A stretch of DNA of 22,595 bases from an uncultured Clostridium sp. (GTDB lineage: Bacteria > Bacillota_I > Bacilli_A > RF39 > UBA660), in the NCBI GenBank assembly GCA_964555985.1, contig CAZKUP010000012.1, forward strand, positions 1 to 22,595, in the 5' to 3' direction. Both the position numbers and the translations under genes were made by a program. Positions 17,503-22,595 of this stretch are shown one piece after another. Position 1 is the stretch's first letter. Each line of letters opens with the position of its first letter. A model generated the notes under the pieces. It was not told where the DNA came from. It did no database searches and was given only the letters and a program-made list of their open reading frames with translations.

Positions 17503-17736
17503 CTATTTTTCCTTTTTAATAGATTCTTTATATGCATTTAAACCAATTTTACCAATTAATCCTAACGACAAAACAATTAATGGAGCAATTACTGAAGCAG
17601 CAACACCTAAATTTTTAGATAATACATTTGATAAAAATGCAACAACAAAGAACTTAGTAATTTCGACATGTGTTTTAAGTTCCTTAATGTCATCTTTATA
17701 TTTTTCATCTTCTAAGATAAATTTATCAAATTCCAT
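17503..17736 (-). CDS. 77-aa small membrane protein (acidic N-terminus, C-terminal hydrophobic helix/helices)
   Basis: …ITKFFVVAFLSNVLSKNLGVAASVIAPLIVLSLGLIGKIG… It is the last gene of the tightly spaced protease trio. Confidence 0.55.
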   Translation of the reverse strand: MEFDKFILEDEKYKDDIKELKTHVEITKFFVVAFLSNVLSKNLGVAASVIAPLIVLSLGLIGKIGLNAYKESIKKEK

Positions 17737-17747
17737 TTTATACTTCT

Positions 17748-17936
17748 TTAAATAATCTTTTTTTCACTACCACCAAATGTAGCAGTATGTTCAGTACCTG
17801 TTACATGTATCCATACATCTATCGCTTCTTCTTCTGAATATTCTTTAAGTAAATCTTTTATTAAGTTTTGTTGAAACAATTCTAATGTTTCAAGCAAATC
17901 TTCTATTTTATAATTTTCTAATTCTTGTATTTCCAT
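17748..17936 (-). CDS. 62-aa acidic helical protein (unknown; candidate inhibitor/adaptor)
   Basis: RBS AGGAGAA inside the protease 3' end. Its ATG lies 2 nt after the protease stop. 16 acidic residues (14 E, 2 D) of 62 (~26%). Confidence 0.5.
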   Translation of the reverse strand: MEIQELENYKIEDLLETLELFQQNLIKDLLKEYSEEEAIDVWIHVTGTEHTATFGGSEKKII

Positions 17937-17938
17937 TG

Positions 17939-18601
17939 TTATTCTCCTATCATATCTTTAATGTATTCAGCTGATACACATTGAGTGGTTTGATGTAATT
18001 CCCTTGGATTAATTCCTCCTAAAGAAATTCCAGATGTTGGAGAAAACGCCCCAATCAAAACCCCTATTATTTTATTTTTTTCCTTTGAATAAATAACTGA
18101 ACCTGATTGTCCGGGTCTTGTTTGAGTATTTATAACACAATATTTAGATTTTATACCGGAACTATTTAAAAGAATCTTTGCACCTATGTGTGCTTTTTGC
18201 ATTGTTAATACTTTTCTTCCTTCTACACAATGTGGAAAACCAAATATATAAATCTCATCTCCAACATTTATTTCATCTGTATTTCCAATTGGAATTGTAG
18301 GAAAATTATATTCTATTTTATCCACAAACTCTAAAATTGCTAAATCTCTAAACGGATCACTATATTTTATTTTCAATTTTGAATATGAGCATTGATTAAT
18401 TGTTGTATCCTGATATTCATTAAATGAATTTATAGTAGGAATAATCATGACTAACCCATCATCATTATCTCCAATAACATGCCTCGGTGTAACAATACAA
18501 TTCACATTTTTTATAGCAAAACCAGTTCCTAACATTTCGATTTCATTTTCGTTACGTATTCTTCCTATTACATATACAAGTTGCGTCATTATATCTACCA
18601 T
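17939..18601 (-). CDS. cytoplasmic trypsin-like (S1/chymotrypsin-fold) serine protease
   Basis: No signal peptide. Catalytic-triad context TPRHVIG (His), DLAILEF (Asp), TRPGQSGSVIY (GxSGG-like Ser). RBS GGATAGGATGTGA. 32 nt downstream of the methyltransferase stop. Confidence 0.7.
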   Translation of the reverse strand: MVDIMTQLVYVIGRIRNENEIEMLGTGFAIKNVNCIVTPRHVIGDNDDGLVMIIPTINSFNEYQDTTINQCSYSKLKIKYSDPFRDLAILEFVDKIEYNFPTIPIGNTDEINVGDEIYIFGFPHCVEGRKVLTMQKAHIGAKILLNSSGIKSKYCVINTQTRPGQSGSVIYSKEKNKIIGVLIGAFSPTSGISLGGINPRELHQTTQCVSAEYIKDMIGE

Positions 18602-18633
18602 AAAATCACATCCTATCCATTATAAAAAATATA

Positions 18634-19872
18634 TTAATTTTCATCAGCTATAATATTTTCTATTTCTTCTCCAATTTTTTCAATAACTCCAACTACTAGA
18701 GCATTTCCCATCATAAAGTTTCTTTTCTTTTCAGTCATACCTGTATTTGTCCAATTGTCTGGAAATCCATTGATTCTTTCACATTCAACAGGGGTTAATA
18801 ATCTAGGTTTCTTAGTTTTATAATCCTCTATAACATGTGTTGTTCTACTTACTCCACCTTCACTAGTAAGCATTGTTCTAGCTGGAGCATCTAAATTATC
18901 TGGAAATGGCATAGCACCTTCACAATAATTATAAGGGTCTCCATTAGGTTTAATTCTAGGAATCTTCTTACTACCTTTTAAGAATGCAAATTTTTCAATT
19001 TGTGCATCTGTTAAAAAGTATTTTTTATCAACTTCTTGTTCTTCTCTAATTTTTCTTAATGGATATATTAAATTATAATCTGCTTTAGTTTTAACTGTAT
19101 AAATTCCACCATCATGCATAACTCCAGCATTATAAAATTCGCATTTAAAGTTATTACTTACATCAATTAAATCTTTATATTCTGAAATACTTGATTTAGT
19201 AATTGCATGATATTGATTTTCGATTGGAAATTGTTTAACAAATATCCCTTCTTCAAATATTAAATCTCTATCATTTATGTTTTTCATTTTCTTATAATAA
19301 TTAGTTGATTTATGATAAGCGAATATATAAATTCTTCTTCTTTTTTGTGGAAGTCCATATTCTCCAGCATTAATAACTCTCCACTCAACATCATAACCAT
19401 TTTCATAGAAACTTCTTAAAATCATTCCAAAATCTCTACCTCTTTGTTTGGCAGGAGATAATAATAATCTATCAACATTTTCTAGTAATACAAATGGAGG
19501 TTGTTTTACTGCAAGTATTTCTTCAATAGCCCACCATAAAACACCTTTTTTACCTTCAATACCTTTACTATTAGATAACGTTTGAGCTACTGAATAATCT
19601 TGACATGGAAATCCACCCACTAATAATGTGTGGTTAGGAATTTCTTTTTTATCAACTTCAAATATATCTACATTGCTAACATCATCAAAACCGAATCTTG
19701 TACCATAACAATTATAAGCATCTTGTGTTTTTGTAGATGGTTCCCATTGATTAGCCCATACAAATTCCCAATTACCATTTTCTTCTACTTTATCATTATC
19801 TAATGAAACTTTATTTAAACCGCATCTAAAACCACCGACACCAGCGAATAATTCCACACAAGTCTTTTTCAT
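18634..19872 (-). CDS. DNA (cytosine-5)-methyltransferase, Sau3AI-methylase-like (predicted GATC-specific m5C MTase)
   Basis: Motif I ELFAGVGGF, motif IV GGFPCQDYS, motif VI ENV, WANQWEPS block. 412 aa. RBS GGAGG. Divergent from a MutH/Sau3AI-like endonuclease gene. Confidence 0.8.
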   Translation of the reverse strand: MKKTCVELFAGVGGFRCGLNKVSLDNDKVEENGNWEFVWANQWEPSTKTQDAYNCYGTRFGFDDVSNVDIFEVDKKEIPNHTLLVGGFPCQDYSVAQTLSNSKGIEGKKGVLWWAIEEILAVKQPPFVLLENVDRLLLSPAKQRGRDFGMILRSFYENGYDVEWRVINAGEYGLPQKRRRIYIFAYHKSTNYYKKMKNINDRDLIFEEGIFVKQFPIENQYHAITKSSISEYKDLIDVSNNFKCEFYNAGVMHDGGIYTVKTKADYNLIYPLRKIREEQEVDKKYFLTDAQIEKFAFLKGSKKIPRIKPNGDPYNYCEGAMPFPDNLDAPARTMLTSEGGVSRTTHVIEDYKTKKPRLLTPVECERINGFPDNWTNTGMTEKKRNFMMGNALVVGVIEKIGEEIENIIADEN

Positions 19873-19910
19873 TTTGTACCTCCTGTTTATTGTTAAATAA
19901 CACTAATTAT

Positions 19911-19982
19911 ATTATAATATAATTGATTGAAAAGATCAACCTTACCAGAGAATATTATACTAAATTTCTTGGTAAAGATCAA
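19911..19982 (-). promoter_or_regulatory. two tandem near-consensus promoters for the MTase, each TTGATC-N17-TATAAT, with GATC inside each -35
   Basis: Minus-strand −35 elements at 19977-19982 and 19934-19939 (both TTGATC), with −10 elements at 19954-19959 and 19911-19916 (both TATAAT). A third GATC at 20027-20030 lies in the endonuclease 5' UTR. Confidence 0.5.
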
Positions 19983-20044
19983 CTTTTCTATATAAATATT
20001 TTATATTATTTTTTTGATAAAAACAAGATCGAAAGGAGAAATTT

Positions 20045-21427
20045 ATGAAAAAAGGAAGACATTATTCAGAAACTGAAATTAGAATACTAGCTCAATCCGT
20101 AATCGGTAAAACTTTTAATGAAATCAAAGAGTATGAAATTGTTTCAATAGACGATTCAAAGATTCAAAAAGGTTCCTTAGGTGGAATAATAGAAGAAGCA
20201 TTATATGGTATTGAACCTAATGGTGAATCAGAACCAGATTTTATAGATGCAGGAATTGAATTAAAAGTAACACCATATAAGAAAAATAAAGACAATACTT
20301 TATCTGCAAAAGAAAGACTTGTATTAAATATGATTGACTTCATGACAGAATATAAAAATGAATTTAAATCAAGTCATTTCTGGTTTAAAAATAATAGACT
20401 TGAAATAATATGGTACATGCATGAAGATAATAAAGATAAATATGAATTTAAAATTACAAATGAATTACTATTAGATTTATCATTAAGCGAAGATATTAAA
20501 CAAATAGAAAAAGATTTCTATGTAATTACAAATAAAATTAAAGAAGGCAAAGCTCACGAATTATCAGAAGCAGATACAATGTATTTAGGTGCATGTACTA
20601 AAGGTGCTAATTCTAATGATGTAAGACAACAACCATTTAATGATTTACCAGCAAAACGAAGAGCTTTCTGTTTTAAATCTTCATATATGACACAATTAGT
20701 AAGAAAATATATTGGAGATTATTCTAATGTTGAAAAAGTATTAAAAGGTACTGATAAGACATTTAATGAATTTATAGAAAGTGTTGTTAACAAATATAAA
20801 GGAAAAACTCAAAAAGAATTAATGAATGAATATGGACTTGAATCAACTGCTAAAAATTTAAATAATATGTTAATTAGTAGAATGTTTAAAGTTAAAAGTA
20901 AGTTAGCAGAAACAGAAGAATTCCAAAAAGCTAAGATTATTCCTAAAACAATTAGAATAGAAGAAAATGGAAGAATTAAAGAATCAATTTCTTTCCCTTA
21001 TTTTAAATATACAGAATTAGTAAATCAAGATTGGGAAACTTCTGATTTAAAGGAAGAACTTGAAACAACTAAATATATGTTCTTTGTGTTCAAAATGGAA
21101 AATGGAGAGTATGTATTTAAAGGTATTAAATTATGGAATATGCCTGAGTTAGATATTGAAACATCTGTAATGGAAATGTGGAAGAAAACATATAATACTA
21201 TTAAAAGTGGAAATATTGTTAAATCAATAGAGAATGGATATAGAACTACTAATTTCGTAGGCATGAGTGAAAATTTAGTTTGTCATGTGAGACCTCATGG
21301 AAGAAATGCGCAAGATACTTGTAAATTACCTGTACCTGATAAATTAACAGGAGCTACAGAATACACAAAACATTGTTTTTGGATTAATAGTTCTTATATT
21401 AGAGAAATATTTAATGAATACATTTAA
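20045..21427 (+). CDS. type II restriction endonuclease, Sau3AI/MutH-like family (predicted GATC)
   Basis: N-terminal domain aligns to MutH blocks (KGSLGGIIEEALYG…EPDF…GIELKVTPY…ERLVL, versus MutH KGWIGVLLEIWLG…EQDF…GVELKTIP). 460 aa, like Sau3AI-family enzymes. RBS AAAGGAGA. Confidence 0.7.
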   Translation: MKKGRHYSETEIRILAQSVIGKTFNEIKEYEIVSIDDSKIQKGSLGGIIEEALYGIEPNGESEPDFIDAGIELKVTPYKKNKDNTLSAKERLVLNMIDFMTEYKNEFKSSHFWFKNNRLEIIWYMHEDNKDKYEFKITNELLLDLSLSEDIKQIEKDFYVITNKIKEGKAHELSEADTMYLGACTKGANSNDVRQQPFNDLPAKRRAFCFKSSYMTQLVRKYIGDYSNVEKVLKGTDKTFNEFIESVVNKYKGKTQKELMNEYGLESTAKNLNNMLISRMFKVKSKLAETEEFQKAKIIPKTIRIEENGRIKESISFPYFKYTELVNQDWETSDLKEELETTKYMFFVFKMENGEYVFKGIKLWNMPELDIETSVMEMWKKTYNTIKSGNIVKSIENGYRTTNFVGMSENLVCHVRPHGRNAQDTCKLPVPDKLTGATEYTKHCFWINSSYIREIFNEYI

Positions 21428-21454
21428 AAACAACTTTGATGAAAGTTGTTTTTT
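21426..21454. terminator. bidirectional terminator AAAACAACTTT-gatga-AAGTTGTTTT
   Basis: Perfect 10-11-bp stem between the convergent endonuclease and mobC genes, flanked by A and T runs. Confidence 0.75.
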
Positions 21455-21767
21455 ACATAAATCTATTTCTTATTTCTGTCACCAATCTAGATATCTCATT
21501 TCTGTACAATTTTAATTCATATGTATAATCATTTCCTGTTTCATCAGTCTTACTAATTATTTTATCAATAGTATGTGCTATTTCTAATAATCTTTGAAAT
21601 ATATTATAAAATTCTTGTGGTGGTTTTTCACGTATAGATTGTCCTTCTAAAGCCAAAAGAATAATTGTTGTGATTGGTAATTCAGACATATCTTTTCTTT
21701 TCATTAAATCAGCATATTCTTTTTCATCCATTCTAATATGAACATCATATTTTCTTTTTCTATTCAT
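21453..21767 (-). CDS. mobC: plasmid mobilisation relaxosome accessory protein MobC-like
   Basis: 104 aa. RKYDVHIRMDEKEYADLMKRKDMSELPITTIILLAL…FYNIFQRLLEIAHTIDKI resembles the MobC family (RHH-like N-terminus plus …NNLNQIA…-type helix). RBS GGAGAA. Confidence 0.55.
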   Translation of the reverse strand: MNRKRKYDVHIRMDEKEYADLMKRKDMSELPITTIILLALEGQSIREKPPQEFYNIFQRLLEIAHTIDKIISKTDETGNDYTYELKLYRNEISRLVTEIRNRFM

Positions 21768-21774
21768 TTATTTT

Positions 21775-21850
21775 CTCCTTTCTAAAATTTAGGGGATTGG
21801 GGATTTCCCCATAATGTGAATTTGGTGGTGGGTACACAAATTCAGTACTT
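21775..21850. promoter_or_regulatory. oriT-like element upstream of mobC (two inverted repeats, locally GC-rich)
   Basis: GGGGA-TT-TCCCC (within AGGGGATTGGGGATTTCCCC) and TGAATTTG-gtggtgggtaca-CAAATTCA. This is the only GC-rich patch in the region, placed where mobC-associated oriTs normally sit. Confidence 0.4.
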
Positions 21851-21862
21851 GCTAAGTAATAT

Positions 21863-22132
21863 TTATTTTAAATTTTCTATATCATTTATAGATTGATTAG
21901 TCACTTTTGATAATATTTCTTTTATCTTTTTATCAATTTTATCTTCCTCAAAATCATTATCATTCATATCATTTTCATCTCTAAATACACCTAATATATT
22001 TACTGGATGAATACCATAAAATCCATCATTATATTCAATCTTTTCTTCTGGAAATAATCTTACATAATCATAATCATATGGCATAGTATGTTTAACTTCA
22101 CCAGTATCAAAGTTCATAAATCCAGGAAACAT
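21863..22132 (-). CDS. hypothetical acidic protein (possibly a fragment of a degraded gene)
   Basis: 89 aa, no SD. An upstream start-less ORF in the +1 frame (22157-22330, …KIYFRNSFYDNFHKLFLDGYLDTTILQSTPNNNVKIRFSTYRPREEVLNILIS) suggests a frameshifted or decayed gene. Confidence 0.3.
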   Translation of the reverse strand: MFPGFMNFDTGEVKHTMPYDYDYVRLFPEEKIEYNDGFYGIHPVNILGVFRDENDMNDNDFEEDKIDKKIKEILSKVTNQSINDIENLK

Positions 22133-22595
22133 TTGAACATCATAATATGTCCTTAGCTTATCAATATGTTTAAAACTTCTTCTCTAGGTCTATAAGTTGA
22201 GAATCTAATTTTAACATTATTATTAGGTGTTGATTGTAATATTGTAGTATCTAAATATCCATCTAAAAATAATTTATGGAAGTTATCATAGAATGAATTC
22301 CTAAAATATATTTTATCAACTACAACTATTTTTCCAATTTGTTTTATGTAAATGGTAAAATAAGAAAATTAACCAATATTAAGTATGACCAAAAACTATC
22401 TTCTAATCACTCTATTGAATATAAAATAAACACCTCTCTACCTAAATTTACTTCCTATGAAGAAAATGATAATTTTAAACGACTAATATCTATTAAGAAT
22501 AATAGCTACATTATTTAATTAAATATGAAAATAAGAATAGATTGTGACTTTTTAGTGAAAATGTTACATTGTTGTAATACAATTTTATATAAAAA

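Noticed and set aside
18447-18653. 68-aa plus-strand ORF
   Set aside because: Antisense to the protease gene. Spurious.
21025-21264. 79-aa minus-strand ORF
   Set aside because: Antisense within the restriction endonuclease gene. Spurious.
1-22595. CRISPR arrays, rRNA/tRNA genes, IS elements or integrase genes
   Set aside because: No regularly spaced short direct repeats, no tRNA-like structures other than the tmRNA tRNA-like domain, and no transposase- or integrase-like ORFs were seen in any frame.

Overview
This window comes from a very AT-rich (~25% GC) Firmicutes chromosome, with Clostridia-like features (sporulation amidase CwlD, YfhO, LtaS). It has a conserved housekeeping backbone and at least three accessory insertions. 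From the left edge leftward-reading (minus strand) it carries the conserved secG-rnr-(capA-like)-smpB-ssrA(tmRNA) cluster, with the tmRNA 3' CCA end at position 18. An AbiD/AbiF-family abortive-infection gene sits directly upstream of secG, and a strongly Shine-Dalgarno-preceded 21-aa hydrophobic peptide ORF is divergent from it. Next come a membrane-anchored non-specific nuclease and a cwlD-like amidase. A class I Fic toxin with a small VbhA-like antitoxin ORF follows, inserted between ~170-190 bp direct repeats that duplicate the cwlD 5' end and the upstream terminator. Beyond it are a cell-envelope glycosylation cluster (GtrA-like, YfhO, divergent LtaS-like sulfatase) and a DUF1538-like duplicated membrane protein translationally coupled to a tandem P-II-like protein. 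A truncated XRE HTH remnant and two secreted/membrane proteins come next, then a 536-bp convergent intergenic region holding a candidate sRNA with promoter and terminators. The final ~5 kb looks like a decayed mobilizable island. It holds a Sau3AI/MutH-like restriction enzyme divergent from a C5-cytosine methyltransferase; the methyltransferase has two tandem promoters whose -35 hexamers are TTGATC, embedding the predicted GATC target. It also holds an uncharacterised tightly coupled trio (cytoplasmic trypsin-like protease, 62-aa acidic protein, 77-aa membrane protein) downstream of the methyltransferase, an orphan mobC with an oriT-like inverted-repeat element, and degenerate ORFs at the window end. 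The most novel candidate is the protease / small acidic protein / small membrane protein module. All calls rest on reading the sequence and remembered family motifs; no searches were run.
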